Below are positions 11,901-26,530 of a stretch of DNA of 64,000 nt, in pieces (position 1 is the stretch's first letter; every line of letters starts with the position of its first letter). The DNA comes from Owenia fusiformis (Eukaryota). The notes under the pieces were generated by a model. The model had not been told where the DNA came from. It saw nothing but the letters and a program-made list of their open reading frames with translations, and searched no databases. The position numbers and the translations under genes were made by a program. Location of the stretch: the NCBI GenBank assembly GCA_903813345.2, contig CAIIXF020000001.1:16058001-16122000 (forward strand), in the 5' to 3' direction.

Positions 11901-13099
11901 AATTCAAATAATGACATTATCTCAAATTTCTCCGAGTAATAGGTTTAAATAAATGCAAAACCAAATTCAGAACAATATTGTTCTGAAGGTTAAATAAACA
12001 ATACAAATTGCATCATTAATTGAATCCCAGTCTCGATGAGGAAACTAAAATATGGTATTTTAGTCTCAAGATTGAAGTCATAAACAAGGCATTAACATGC
12101 AAAATGCCACCACCTGCCATTTCTAGCTGATGCCAATCGCCAAACACCAAGTCCACCATCCACAAAAAAGTTGGGCAATATGTCACCACTTGTGATGGTG
12201 ACATAAAAACCAGTACAATCAAATAGCAATTAGCATCTGATATGGACAATGGGCTGAATTACTGAAAAGTATTATGACATAAATGATATATTTGTCACTA
12301 TCAAGCGTTCCATTTTATGATTGGTCAAACCTGGGTCACATGACACAGGAAAACAGACAGTATTCACCAGTCAAGTTTTAATGGAGCAGGGGTAATGAGT
12401 ATCGCAACATACTCCCAAAAATTGATAGTTCCTGCTCCAGCTTGTGATATAGAAGGAATATTTCATTCTATTTTTTGTATACCTGTGGCACTTTTTCAAG
12501 GTCGGATATTCCACGTTCCGTAACATGTGAAAGATTCACTGTTATTCAACTTAATAGAATGAAGTATTTGTGAAGAGCTGCACGTCTTTCTTGAGGTACT
12601 CCTGACACTCAAAATTATAGAATTAACTTGAGACTCACATACATAATACCAACCTCAGAACCAAGTAAAGCATTTATTTCTGAAAAGGTATTCATGTATA
12701 GAAATTCTGATTCATCAGACCCCCTCTTGTCTATTACTCGTGAGCGCCTCAAGACCCTTTTTACAGAAAGTCTAGTGAATGCTGTGGAAATGTTTACGTA
12801 AAGAAATTCAAATATTCTCCCTACAATTCTTTTCAACTTGAACTTTCAAATTTCATTGCAATGCGGCCTGTTTGCTTCACTTTTGGATTTTTGTATTCTT
12901 AACTATAATTTTGTAAAAAAAAAATCTGCTCATTAAATCGTTCTGTTTCTCAAGCAGCATAACTGGGGAGAATGAGATGGCAAACTTGATCATGATGGTA
13001 ATGTTCTCAGATAGCTTAACAAAAATTATCTGCAATTCTAACTCTTCAAAATCGAATATCTTAATTCCCTTTCTAATACATTCATTTTACTTAATTAAT

Positions 13100-13890
13100 A
13101 GAGAGATTTATTTACTAATCTATTGTCTAATGTAGAAATTTGTTTAATAATCTATAGTCTAATGTAGAGATTTATTTACTAATCTATAGTCTAATGTAGA
13201 AATTTGTTTAATAATCTATAGTCTAATGTAGAGATTTGTTTAATAATCTATAGTCTAATGTAGGGAATTGTTTACTAATCTATAGTCTAATGTAGGGAAT
13301 TGTTTACTAATCTATAGTCTAATGTAGAGATTTGTTTAATAATCTATAGTCTAATGTAGAGATTTGATTAATAATCTATAGTCTAATGTAGGGAATTGTT
13401 TACTAATCTATAGTCTAATATAGAGATTTGTTTAATAATCTATAGTCTAATGTAGAGATTTGTTTAATAATCTATAGTCTAATATAGGGAATTGTTTACT
13501 AATCTATAGTCTAATGTAGATATTTGTTTACTAATCTATAGTCAAATATAGAGATAATCTATAGTCTAATGTAGGGAATTGTTTACTAATCTATAGTCTA
13601 ATGTAGAGATTTGTTTAATAATCTATAGTCTAATGTAGAGATTTGATTAATAATCTATAGTCTAATGTAGGGAATTGTTTACTAATCTATAGTCTAATGT
13701 AGAGATTTGTTTAATAATCTATAGTCTAATGTAGAGATTTGTTTAATAATCTATAGTCTAATATAGGGAATTGTTTACTAATCTATAGTCTAATGTAGAT
13801 ATTTGTTTACTAATCTATAGTCAAATATAGAGATATGTTTACTAATCTATAGTCTAATGTAGAAATTTGTTTACTAATCTATAGTCTAAT
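13100..13890. repeat. 32-bp minisatellite, about 24 copies
   Basis: Unit AATCTATAGTCTAATGTAGAGATTTGTTTAAT with variants. Confidence 0.95.
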
Positions 13891-14293
13891 ATACTTAAGC
13901 TCTGACCTTAATGGTAATCGCTGAATGGTCCCCCAACCATGAAACCTTACTTGCACTTGTGCTGATGTTCAAATGTTTGTAGTGGGAGGGGGAAGCAATT
14001 ACTATAAGAGTTGACAGAAAAAAATTGTTTCAATTCTAGAATATTTTGGGCTCAAATGTACTTTATATTTGAGGAAAAGTAAAGATTTTTACACAAATGT
14101 ATTCATTTTTCAATAATTATGGTAACCATATTTATCATTTGAAAGAACATTTTTCCCTATTTTTGCTTTTGAAGCTTTATTAGCTACTTCATCAATTGAA
14201 TACATTGGTAGGTTAACTGTACACATACTGCTTGCAATTTTGTCACTCCCAAAAGATCTGATTCTGCCTTTAAAGTAGAATTTACATTCTTAC

Positions 14294-14333
14294 CTCCAAC
14301 TACAAATACATCATCTTCACTCTCATTATCCAT
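14294..14333 (-). CDS. Candidate alternative first coding exon (MDNESEDDVFVVG, phase 1)
   Basis: ATG, 13 codons plus 1 nt, then a G|GTAAGA donor. Phase matches the exon at 3859-3917. Confidence 0.5.
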
Positions 14334-17199
14334 TGTCTCTATGTGTAACAGTATCCTATTCGATGAATGCACAGTGTTTTATCCTGCCTAGACTTATCCT
14401 GAATAAAACCTGGTAACTCAACTCCCTTAAGTTCATATAAACATACTTTTTTACAATCAAATTGCTGTTGGTGAAAACAATTCTGAATGAGGTCATTAAA
14501 TAGAGTTTATCATAACTTTTGGATATCCATACTAATCGTGCTTCAAAGCTGCAAAAAAGTGTCCTCGTGTTGTACATCTAACCTTGCACACTTTGTAGCC
14601 TGGCCACATGCTCTGCATTTAAGTTAATGCACATAAATAACTTATTTTACATGTTATTTAACCCCCTAATCACAAAGGTAACAGTTCATGCATTTAATGT
14701 TTGGGTGTGCAGTTAAAATCACATTCAAATAAATGAAAAAAAAACTAAATTATAACTTGTATCCTTAACAACTTGGCAAATCATCTTGAAAATGTTAAGA
14801 GTATATATTTTATGTGTTGAAAACTTGACATTTATATAATCCTACATAAAATGTATTCAAATGTCACATATTATCAGGTAAATCTAGAAAACAATTTAAA
14901 TATAGAAGAGGTTATTTTTTACTACATTGGGAGGAGGTTGATCTCTTCAGTTTATTGGTCAAGGATATGAGTTTGTGTTTTCTACAGAAAAATGATGCAA
15001 CTTTTTAACTGTTTTATATAAAATAATTGTTGTCACATTGAGGCATATACCTCTCAATGAAAATAATATCCCTACCCCCCCCCCCCTACCACTGCCTGTA
15101 CCATAGTCTTACACCAGGACTATACAGAAGAGAAAGAAGAAATTAGACAATGATCTAATGATTTCTACTTGTATGCAGAATGTGAATACCAAAGTATTGT
15201 CCATTTTTGGATTAGGATTTTTATACTACATGCAGTACTATTTATTTATTTCAATGTCAAGTTTGGAGTAGCCCATATCCAGGCCCATATCATCCTTTAC
15301 CCAAGGGTATTTCAATTTATTTCATGAGCTTTGACATTGATGCCCAATTGTGAAAGATGACCCATAAAATATTAGGGTGCCCATGGTTGTAATGTACATG
15401 TATAATAAATATAGTAATAAAATACATGTTAATGTGTATTGAATGTAACCCTTTGCAACAAGTTTCAATTTGGATTTATATATATTTGATTTTTAGTATT
15501 AATATCCGGGTCTCAGTGTACATAATGATTTTAATTTTAAAAATTATTGGAATTTCTAATTTCACCAATCCTGAATTATAAATAAAAAACATGTCATAGT
15601 TTTGCCAAGAGCAAAAATGTAAACATAAAACTATTTCAACAATTTGAATTATGGCATTGTGGGATCCACAGCCTTTACTATCCTTTTGGAATAGTTCAGA
15701 CTGTGGGATATTGACTGTAATAAATGTTTCCTTTAACCCTAAAATGTACGGACCAATCAAATTATTTATAGAGTTCTATTGACCATGAGTATCATGGGAA
15801 GGCATTACCTGCAGTTGCATGATTACATAATCAGACAAAGCCTAATGAGTGTGACCAAACACAATGCCCTCTTAAATAATCCAAGTGTTGACATTTGCAT
15901 GATAATTATTGTTTAAAATTCTAAATTGGAAAACAATAAGAAAAAAGAAGTATGTCAACATTATCATAGTTATTAATTTTCAATATAAAAACAAGAACCA
16001 TCAAGATAAACAAAAGTTTTCCACATAATGAATTCATTGAATTAAAGTTTACAAAGGGGAAAACAGGACGGTGCATTCTTAGGCACTAATTTATTCCTCC
16101 ATATACACTGATTTACTTGGAGAATGCACTGGCTAGGAACATGTTCTGCCTCACGATATATCAGAGTCTCTCAAAAGCGTTAGGTAAAGAGGGAATCTGA
16201 TAAATCAGAATGGAACTATGGTATCAAGTACGTATTTAAACAATATATATTCACATGACGTTTTGGATTAAAAACACTCAGATTTGTTACATTTGTTGAA
16301 CATGTACTGTACATATTTAACATTGTCAAGTTCAATATTAAACATCAAAATTTAGTTAAGGATTGATAATGTATTTAGCTATTCTATTTTCCAATATTAT
16401 ATTTCAGCAACATTTAAATTAACATGTGCACAGACATGGACTATAATTTGTGCCATCTATATGAAATAGAGCACATCTAAATACTGCACATGTGTAGAAG
16501 TTTAGAAAACAAAAACATAGTTAAGTAAAGTAGTATTGTCAAAATGGTTAACCAGTTCTTTCAATGAAAACTTCATATTACGCCTGAATTGGTTAGCCGA
16601 GATCCTGAGTCCGAGATGTATAGTTGTCGTTCGTAGTTTTCTGTATACTGTAGTGTGTCATTTATGACATGATTATTGAATCAATAAAAGATCCAGAGTG
16701 TCAAAACGTAATACATTAAGTAGATGAAGCTCTCGTTAAAAAAGCAAAATCAATCTTTTGGAAAGAGTAAAATCTAAATGGTCATTAAAATTGAGATCAC
16801 TGTGATAAAAACAAATATCAAAAATGCAGGAATGTCAGAGAAAGAATGTGTTAAGTGACCCTGTTACCCCCTAGCCTCTGTAGGCCAAAGGGTCAAGAGA
16901 ATCAATGGACTTAATGTCCTTTGTATTTGCACAGAATTAATCACTTTACTTCTAAATATGTAGATATTGCTTTGAATATACAAACTAACATGGGAAAATA
17001 TTGTTTACCTTTGTAAGCCATTTTTGACTTCTAAGCTGGCCTGGGTATACTTGTATGAGGTTGGAAGAATTGCAAATCAAGATGTGCATGTCGAACATGG
17101 GAGTTTTGAATCATTGGTATTTGTGCAAACTGAATGAAACTGTCACAGTCTTGGTCTATAAAGAATTAAACAACTATACAGTCTTATTTGAATGCTACT

Positions 17200-18217
17200 G
17201 TAACTAGCCCAAAGGTGTTCTGATTACACAACTGGCGGAAAAGTGTTCAGATAACACAACTGGCCTAAAAGTGTTTTGATCACACAACAGGCCCAAAAGT
17301 GTTCTGATCACACAACTAGCCCAAAAGTGTTTTGATCACACAACTGGCCCAAAAGTGTTTTGATCACACAACAGGCCCAAAAGTGTTCTGATCACACAAC
17401 TAGCCCAAAAGTGTTTTGATCACACAACTGGCCAAAAAGTGTTCTGATCACACAACTAGCCCAAAAGTGTTCTGATTACACAACTGGCCCAAAAGTGTTC
17501 TGATTACACAACTATCTGATTACACAGCTGGCCTAAAAGTGTTTTGATCACACAACTGGCCCAAAAGTGTTCTGATCACACAACTAGCCCAAAAGTGTTC
17601 TGATCACACAACTGGCCCAAAGGTGTTCTGATTACACAACTGGCCCAAAAGTGTTCTGATCACACAACTGGCCCGAAAGTGTTTTGATTGCACAACTGGC
17701 CCAAAATTGTTCTGATCACACAACTAGTCCAAAAGTGTTCTGATCACACAACTGGCCCGAAAATGTTCTGATTGCACAACTGCCCCAAAGGTGTTTTGAT
17801 CACACAACTGGCCCAAAAGTGTTCTGATCACACAACTAGCCCAAAAGTGTTCTGATCACACAACTGGCCTGAAAGTGTATTGATTGCGCAACTGGCCCAA
17901 AGGTGTTCTGATTACACAACTGGCCCAAGTGTTCTGATCACACAACTGGCCCGAAAGTGTTTTGCTTGCACAACTGGCCCAAAATTGTTCTGATCACACA
18001 ACTAGTCCAAAAGTGTTCTGATCACACAACTAGCCCGAAAGTGTTCTGATTACACAACTGCCCCAAAGGTGTTCTGATTACACAACTGGCCCAAAGGTGT
18101 TCTGATTACACAACTGGCTCAAAAGTGTTCTGATTACACAACTAATCCAAAAGTGTTCTGATTACACAACTGGCCCAAAAGTGTTCTGATTACACAACTG
18201 ACCCAAAAGTGTTCTGA
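17200..18217. repeat. 28-bp minisatellite, about 36 copies
   Basis: Unit CACAACTGGCCCAAAAGTGTTCTGATCA with point variants. Confidence 0.95.
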
Positions 18218-19430
18218 ATAGACAGGTGTTCCCAAAGAGCTTTTTAATATGGTAATCTTAAGCAGATTAAAATGAGGCATTAACATGCAAAATGTCACCA
18301 ACTGCCATTTGTTAGACCACGAGTGCTTAATACCAACCAATGAACACCATCTCAAAATGTTATATAATTTAACAATATGTCACCACTTCTGGTGGAGATG
18401 TAAAAATTGGAATAAAAAAGCATTAACCTTGAGAGATTAGAGAGCCTTTTGGATACATAGATATTATGAATTTGCAACCACAAATCAATTGAAGAATGTT
18501 AGACCGCAAGTGAAATTGGTATAATGTTTCATAAGTGTAAGTCATAATCAATCACTTGGTATTGTTTTTACTATTGGCCCTTGAGCTTAACTGTAGCTTT
18601 CAATCGCATCTTGTATTTAGTTTCCACAAAAAGGCCACGATGACCAATCAATATGCTAACCGCAGACTTGGTATAGTTTTATCTGTGGTGACACATTCAT
18701 GTACATGTCATGTTGGACATCGTTTCCATTCAAGCATATTGACTGGTGGTTGTTATTGTTTCTGTAGTATTAGACTTACACGCAGTAAAACTTGTCTAAT
18801 CCAAATGCCATTGGGACCGGCGCGCTCGGATAAGGTGTTCACATTTCGAGATGTACTTATATCACAGGGTGGGAAATATCTAATCAAGGAAAGGAATCAG
18901 AGCATGACATTTTATTAAAAATTAGTTGGAGTTTGGCACAATTTGTTTCTGAACTTGAAAACCGCCTAATCTCAGACAAAATACACCACTCCATGCTATG
19001 GCAAATCCAATCATTCTTCAGCAGGAATTTTGTTCTGATACAGTACAATGTTATTTAAAAATGGTGCAACTTTTTACCATATTCACACGCTGATTGGATC
19101 AGAGTGATAGGTTTGATCTGATTTATGACCCGGACTGTCTCTTGCAACAGTCATGGGGGTGGGGCTGCTGAACTGTAATATAGTCTATACTAGGCAGAGG
19201 GTAGTTTATAACTAGACTGCATGCTGGGTATAAAGTATGAAACGAATAATGTGTACCTTAAAATAACATTAAGGACTTCAATTTGGAAGCCATTAAAATT
19301 TCTGAGCATGCAGATATACCTTAATTTGATAGAAAATGTGAAAAAGGTTATTCCATAAAATGTTGGTAAATTTTAACCCATGGACAAATCAAACCACGGT
19401 CCTTTTGACCCTTTGGCCTATAGCGCCTAC

Positions 19431-19731
19431 CTTTGTCATCCAAACTAATTGCATCATCTTCATCAGTAATTATGATAGTTGGAGGTTCGACGTTCAGCAT
19501 ACTTTTTGATATGTACACACTTGTACTTGGTTCTCCATGGTCAGACCCACCATCAGAACCAGTATCATAAGAGCCAGAACTCTGTAAAGATTCCACAGAT
19601 TTCGCAGCAGCACTCCAACTGTTCCGCCTCAATGTTGGCGAGTCAATTTTGACGACTTGTGGGATAATGTCTGTTGTAGATCCCAATGACATTATCCAGG
19701 AATTGATAGCTCCTTTGTTTTTTCCACTCAT
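19431..19731 (-). CDS. Alternative first coding exon, Ser-rich disordered N-terminus (phase 1)
   Basis: 100 open codons of protein-like composition (RRNSWS, PPTIIITDEDD) ending AAAG|GTAGGC. Confidence 0.7.
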
Positions 19732-20387
19732 TTTATAGAACTGAATAATGGCGATTGTTATTTAATATTTTATTTCAGCTGTGTATAGTCCATTTCCTAA
19801 TGTCATACTCATACTATTTTCGTAGTATACAGGTAGTAAATTTTGACTAGATCAATAGAGTGTAAATTGTTACTTCATCAGTAGAACCATTAAGTATCAT
19901 CACTGCAAAAAATCCTAGCAATTTATCACAATTACTTCAAATGTAACAGTGATTGTATGCATCTCCATCTTTGAGTTAAACTCCTCCATTAATCCTTCTT
20001 ATATCATCCAATCACAACCAAAAGTTTCAATCTTTTTAAATTTGTGTCAAAATGATTAATTCCGGCTAGTTGATTGTAAGAACATACCTCATAAACTGAG
20101 AACACAATTAAGGTGATGTTTCTAAAACATCCTGTTTGAGCGATTGTGTATCAATTAGCCTTTAGTTAGCCTCATTGTCCATTATTAGCCGTCTAACTGA
20201 ATAGGTCTTTATCTATCAATTATTGAGAAGTTTGAGTTGTCAAGGATATGCAGAAATCATGCTATGTTATACTGACTTTACAGACAGAGTCAATCGCTGA
20301 TGTTTTCTCGTGTGTACTATACGCAATGTTATCTGTTTCCTGAACTGTTGTATCCTAGAGTAAAACAGGAAAGCGTCATTTGTCGAT

Positions 20388-20570
20388 GTAGATTCAAGTT
20401 GAGGTTAAATTTACAGCAATGTCAGGAAAATATTCATTTTTTGCAGTCTAAATTGTAGAGGTAGATTCAAGTTGAAGTTAAATTTACAGCAATCTCAGGA
20501 AAATATTCATTTTTTGCAGTCTAAATTGTAGAGGTAGATTCAAGTTGAGGTTGAACAGCAATGTCAGGAA
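20388..20570. repeat. 73-bp tandem repeat, about 2.5 copies
   Basis: GTAGATTCAAGTTGA at 20388, 20461 and 20534. Confidence 0.85.
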
Positions 20571-23500
20571 TGTGAAAAACTGTGAATCAATTGTAGTTTC
20601 CAAGTATTTCAATTTGTAAATGTACTTATACACTCAAGCTAGTGTATCTATATTTATTTTGAGTATTATCCTGTATAGTATACTTTATCCTGAAGTCCTT
20701 ATAGCTAAGATACTGATCTGATTAGCTGTGATTACACTTTAAATGTGTCACATTGTTTATAATTGAAATTTGAATAATCTGATAATAATATTAAATCATT
20801 GCACAATTATATCAGTCCTTCCTCCCAATCTAGAAGTTGTTATAGCCTTGTATGAATGTAATGGCTAGTGTAGTATAGTAATTAGCTGACCAATATGAAA
20901 TACCTTTCTGTTGTATTTATTTCCCTGTATTTCTGACTCACTGAGGAGTGCCTATAGTACAATGAAGTTGCTCAAGGGCCTATAGGACTGACCTGTGAAT
21001 GTCCTCTCTGTCTGTTGGTCTATATGTCACATTGAAGTGACAACCCACTGTTGACATTCCAAACAGTTAATACTTAGCGATCATCCACCATACACATTTC
21101 AGAAAAACAAAGAAAATATCCTCAGGTTTACATAGCTAATGTTCCATGGTATTTACAAATGTTTTATGAAAATGTGTTATCATTTAATAATGCTGTTACA
21201 TAATATCAATGATTTTCACCCAAATTATTTCTATCTTTAAATTTTTATTATTTTGTATCTGTTCACTTTGTTACTTTAAACTAACATAGTTAACAACTTA
21301 GAAACCAAGCCATGCTGTTTTAAATGTCACCTCAAGCTACTTAAGAAAATTATGTGCTGAGATAATTCATGACATGTTCCCTTTAAGTTAAATAAATGAA
21401 TCACTTCATTAAAAATGTATTCTGATTAATGATTTTTGCCTCGAGTTAATTGCCCTTAATTGTTATCTACATCAAATATCCAAAATAATAGATGTTTCAT
21501 GAAAAAAATATTTAAAAGCTATAATTGAAAATGTGAATACAAAAGGTGTTACGCGCAGGTAATTACCATCATTAAAGTTTGTTTCAATTTTGAAGCCAAT
21601 GTTTAAATGCAAACAAATACAAAATTATAGAAGGCATTAACATGCAAAATGTCACAACCTGCTATTTGTTACAGATGCCAAATGCAAACCACCAAACACC
21701 AACTGCCAAACACTAACCACCAAACACCATCCATAAAGACGTATGAGAATATAACCATTTCTGGAGGTGACATAAAAAAAATTTCAGAACTGTTTTGTTT
21801 AACCATTTATCAAATTCTTTCATTTATTCAGATACATATATGTATGTGTATATATCAATTAATATAAGGTAAACCTCTGATTATAATTTATATTAACCAT
21901 TCAGTTTACTTTGAAAATCTTCACACATCATTTTTGAGATGTTCGATAAAGAGAAGATCAGTGAGAATTTCAAAGTAATTTCCATGGCTTTTGCCAATTA
22001 TTGATAAAATATGTAATATTTACACATAATGATAGGACACATTGTTCAAAATTAACTTATTTCAACACCTCCAAAATTTTCTCTTTTTAACTTTTTATTG
22101 AAAGTACAGAACAACGTGAATGTAATAAAAAACATTTAAAACGAACTGAATGACACATATCTCCTCTGGGTATACAAATATACAGTAATGTATTGTCTAC
22201 CTTCTAATTATCACTGTTTATAATTACACCTAACATTTTGCTGAGCAACTCAACCAGGAATACAGCCGATAATAAAAGTGAAATCACACTTTTGCAAAGG
22301 ATACTGGGCAACTACACATTACAACTTTATTTCAAATGATTGCAATATAAAATCACAACATAGTTATGATGATAAACTGAGCCTTCTTTCCCTTTATTTT
22401 GAAACACCATAGAAATGTCAAGATGAAAGATGATAGAACTTTAAGCCAGTACCATTTATCTGAACACTGAAGCAACATAAAAAATATTCTATCTGCAAAT
22501 TATAGATGTCATCCTAGTACTCATTAAAAGGTACAGAGCCTGACCAAGAATAATACATCAGGAATATTTATTTCGTTTGGCCTGCTACTCCCACCCCCCC
22601 CCCCCATCCCAGGACAAGTCGAGGTTAAAAATAAATAAAATAATGAACATTTTAGGAGACTCAGTGTTCTACTTAAACATAATGTGCAAGTACCGGGTAT
22701 GTCTAGTAAAACATACACAGGCGGAGAGCATTATACAGAAAGCAAGGGATTATCATGCAAAATGTCACCACTTGTCATTTGTTTCAAAAAAATGTTGGGT
22801 CGTAATTTTGAAATTTTGGGTCAAAATCTGAAAATGTAGGCCCAATTTCTTAAAACTGGCTCAAAATTAAAAAATAATGCCTACTTATGCCAGTTTGTTA
22901 CCTTAATTGCCTTATTTATATGGGGAAAACTACAATCTTTTTGAGCCTCAATTTTATTTTTGCGGGGGGGGCAACCCAGTTCCCCTTATGTTAAACATAT
23001 GATAGGAATAAAAAACAAAGTATAAGTAAAGGGAAATTAATGGCATAGGTACCTGCTGGGGGCAATTATCCATATACTCAACATATGGGTGTTCCACTCA
23101 TTTACTGAGACAACAGATGCAAGAATATGAGACAACAAATGCAAGAATACCAGTTTCTACTCAAAGTTCAAATCAATTAATGTCTGCAACCAGGGCTGAA
23201 TTTCTTCAAGCAAATAAAAGTAAAGAGCATATTTGCTTAGTTTCTTTATAGTTGCATTTGTGAAGCCTAAATGAGATTCTTGAAGTCTCGCTTGAAGACC
23301 TCATTACGTAATGTCAGAGCATGTCAGAGCATTTTACCATCATAGCGTAAAAGGTACATGAGTGCCTGCTAAATGTGTGCATGTTACTAAGCGATGACAT
23401 CAGTGGAAATTACCATATCAAAATGAATGAGTGAAAACAGAGCTCTCTTTTAAGAAGTTGAACAAATGCAAAGAATACTAGTCTTCCTAACCTCTGACTA

Positions 23501-23584
23501 TTACAGATGATTTTACAGTTTCAAGTACCCTGATCGCAGCTAGAGCCTTGCTATAAACAAATTACATCAGAGGAAATGACGATA

Positions 23585-24209
23585 CAGGGTGTCCCGAAAG
23601 TATGGGGCCCCCCTAGGCAGACATATACCATCATATATCATTTTAAGCTAATCCAAAGTTACATTGATTTGCCAAATATCATGGTTCAACTCTCAAATGT
23701 GGAAAAATTACAGGCATTTCAAAATTTAGTGTTGGCCAAAATTTAGTTCAATTTTACACCAAATCACTAGTCAACATGTCCTCCCGGGCCATATTTACAG
23801 CAGCAATTCTTTTCGGGTACGATGGATATTGAGCTGGAAAAAGAGAACGGTGAGGGTAGGTACTCCAAAAAACTCTTCTAAAGTGCCTTAAAAGTTTTTA
23901 AGAGGATTACAAAATACCACACCCCTATTTGAAGGGCTTTTAAGGTCATATCTGAAAAGAATTGCTGCTGTTAACATAGACAAGGGAGCTAGCCACATTG
24001 ACTAGTAATGTGGCATAGAACTGAACTTTATTTTGGAAAAATGCTAAATTTTAAAATGACTGAAATTTTTTCCCATTTGAGAGTTGAATCATGATATTTG
24101 ACAAATCAATGTAACTTTGGATAAGCTTTAAAATGATATATGACACATAATATGAAGACACTGGTATATGTCTGCCTAGGGGAGGGACCCATACTTTCTG
24201 GACACCCTG
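23585..24209. mobile_element. Tc1/mariner-type MITE with long TIRs
   Basis: TA|CAGGGTGTCC...GGACACCCTG|TA, with inverted arms of more than 200 bp. Confidence 0.85.
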
Positions 24210-26339
24210 TATACAGGAAATTGTCCTTCTGGCAATGATGACAAGACCTGGCTGCAAATTTTCATGCTATTAATAACCCTGACATAGACCATCCTCATTC
24301 AGAATCCTTAGATTTCAAATAAGGTGTCAGTTTAATGGTCATCTGATAATAAGTAGGTGCAAAAAGAAAGCCTCAGACACAATACACACTACTTACAATT
24401 ATCACGTAAATGTCAACTTTAATTCAATTCCCACCTCATCATACAATTCTGCATTTTTGTCATTTCATTCAATACGAAATCTAATCACAAATTGACCAGT
24501 GGAGCAATAGATATAATTATTAATATCCTACTTTAGCTACTTTTTATCAAATGGATAAAATGGATTAATTAGTAAGATTATATATATCCGAAAGGGGATC
24601 TATATATATCTCTAAATTGTCAAATTGAACAGATAAAATTGATTGATACATCAAACTAAAGCTAAAAATAAAACAATTACTGTTGTGCTGAATGAGTTAC
24701 TTCTCAGTTAAGAGTACATCTTGTATACTGTTTGACGTAATCATTGTAATCTTTGCCACCTACGGTGTATAACATGATATTAATGTTTCATATTTTAAAT
24801 TGACATAAATAATTAATCACAATAGAGGGATACAATGAGGGTACCCCTACACTCTTGACCAGGGAGTGAATTTTCGGCAAACCTGTTATGAATCTACCTA
24901 GCCTATTGACAGGTGTATTTGCGAGGCATATTTTTAGTATACCTTGAGAGTTAGCAGGCATGTAGCTAGCTTTTGCCAAGACGTTCACTTTTCAAAAAAT
25001 TTCACATTTAGCAACTTTGACCCAAAATCAAAATGGTAAAAAACTGCATGATTTTGAAACAATTTTTGGCCAGCGAACCCCACAAACCCCCCCCCCCCCC
25101 CTCCCTTGGTTAGAGCCTAGTGAATTAGAGCAAAATGAACGGAAATGATAATATTGCCTCATCTGTCAGTCTTAAAACCATAGAACATCAAATCAGGCCC
25201 TGGAATTAATTTGTTACCCTAGATGCTTCAGACTAGAAAATTGCACTATCTATTCAAACACAGCGTTTGTTATACAGTACCCCCTTGTGCAGAATGGCAT
25301 TGTTAAGGGAATTAAGGCGAGAATAAGAGACAAGAACTGCAGAAACAATTGCTATCCAAGCTCATCAAAATACATGTATCTTATGTTCCAACTGTATACA
25401 TGTTACACAACTAAGTAATCAGTATACTATTCCTGTATGTAGAATTGCATGTCAATGTATCAATCAATGAATCAATTAATAAATGAATGAATGGATCAGT
25501 TAATAAACATGCAGATAATTCAATCAATCATTCAGCATTTTTTTGTTTTCTATCTCAAGTCCTAGGATCTTAAGATGACAGTCAAAAAGGTGATGTGTAT
25601 AAAAAGGGTATCATCTGATCATGACTTGCCACATCCCGAAGATATAACATTAACTACCCTGAGTGCAGAGACTAGTTTTAAACAACCCTCTGCCTAATAT
25701 ACGAGTAAACTATATTACAGTTAACAGCCCCACCGCGACTGGTGCCCGTGACAGCCCAGGTCATAACTTATTTCAAACCTAACCATGCTGACCTTTCCTT
25801 AACCAATCAGCAAGCTAGAAGGAACATGGGCGTCAACTATGGGATGATGTCAGAGGAAATGCCCATAAATAAAAATTAATCCATATTTCAACGATAAACT
25901 TTGATTGGCTCGGAGATTTCAGAGATCCAAGTCCAACAAATGCAAAGGGTAGATATATCGCATACTGCATGTGAAATCAATGTTTACTGCTTCCCATGTT
26001 TTCTATGCTGACTAATAAACACTTGACGAGATTTTTAGTAATATAGCAGGAGTGTTCACTAATACCATTACAGGTACCTCGTTAGCTATACTCTAATGTT
26101 ATATGTCTCTGCTCTAATCTTACCTAATGATCTATGGGAAACTAAACCAAAATAAGGGCATGTAATCCTACATAATAGTCTTTTTGGTAGTAGCATTGTA
26201 ACAATAATAGAGCAGTCTGTAGAGTCATTCTAGTTTGCTACCTCTGCCTCTCTCACCAAAATCATTTTGTGGGGTCTGACTATTAACATGGGCGACCAAC
26301 CGCCATCCATAAAAAAAACTTCAACAATATGTCACCATT

Positions 26340-26530
26340 TCTAGTGGTGACATAATAAAATACTCTAGTGGTGACATAATAAAATATTCTAGTGGTGACA
26401 TAATAAAATATTCTAGTGATGACATAATAAAATATTCTAGTGGTGACATAATAAAATATTCAAGTGGTGACATAATAAAATATTCTAGTGGTGACATAAT
26501 AAAATATTCTAGTGGTGACATAATAAAATA
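26340..26530. repeat. 24-bp tandem repeat, about 8 copies, derived from a HINE terminus
   Basis: Unit TATTCTAGTGGTGACATAATAAAA. Confidence 0.9.

Noticed and set aside
17200-18217. CRISPR-like appearance of the 28-bp repeats (also the 32-bp array at 13100-13890)
   Set aside because: The units are head-to-tail with no unique spacers, there are no cas genes, and the context is eukaryotic. These are minisatellites.
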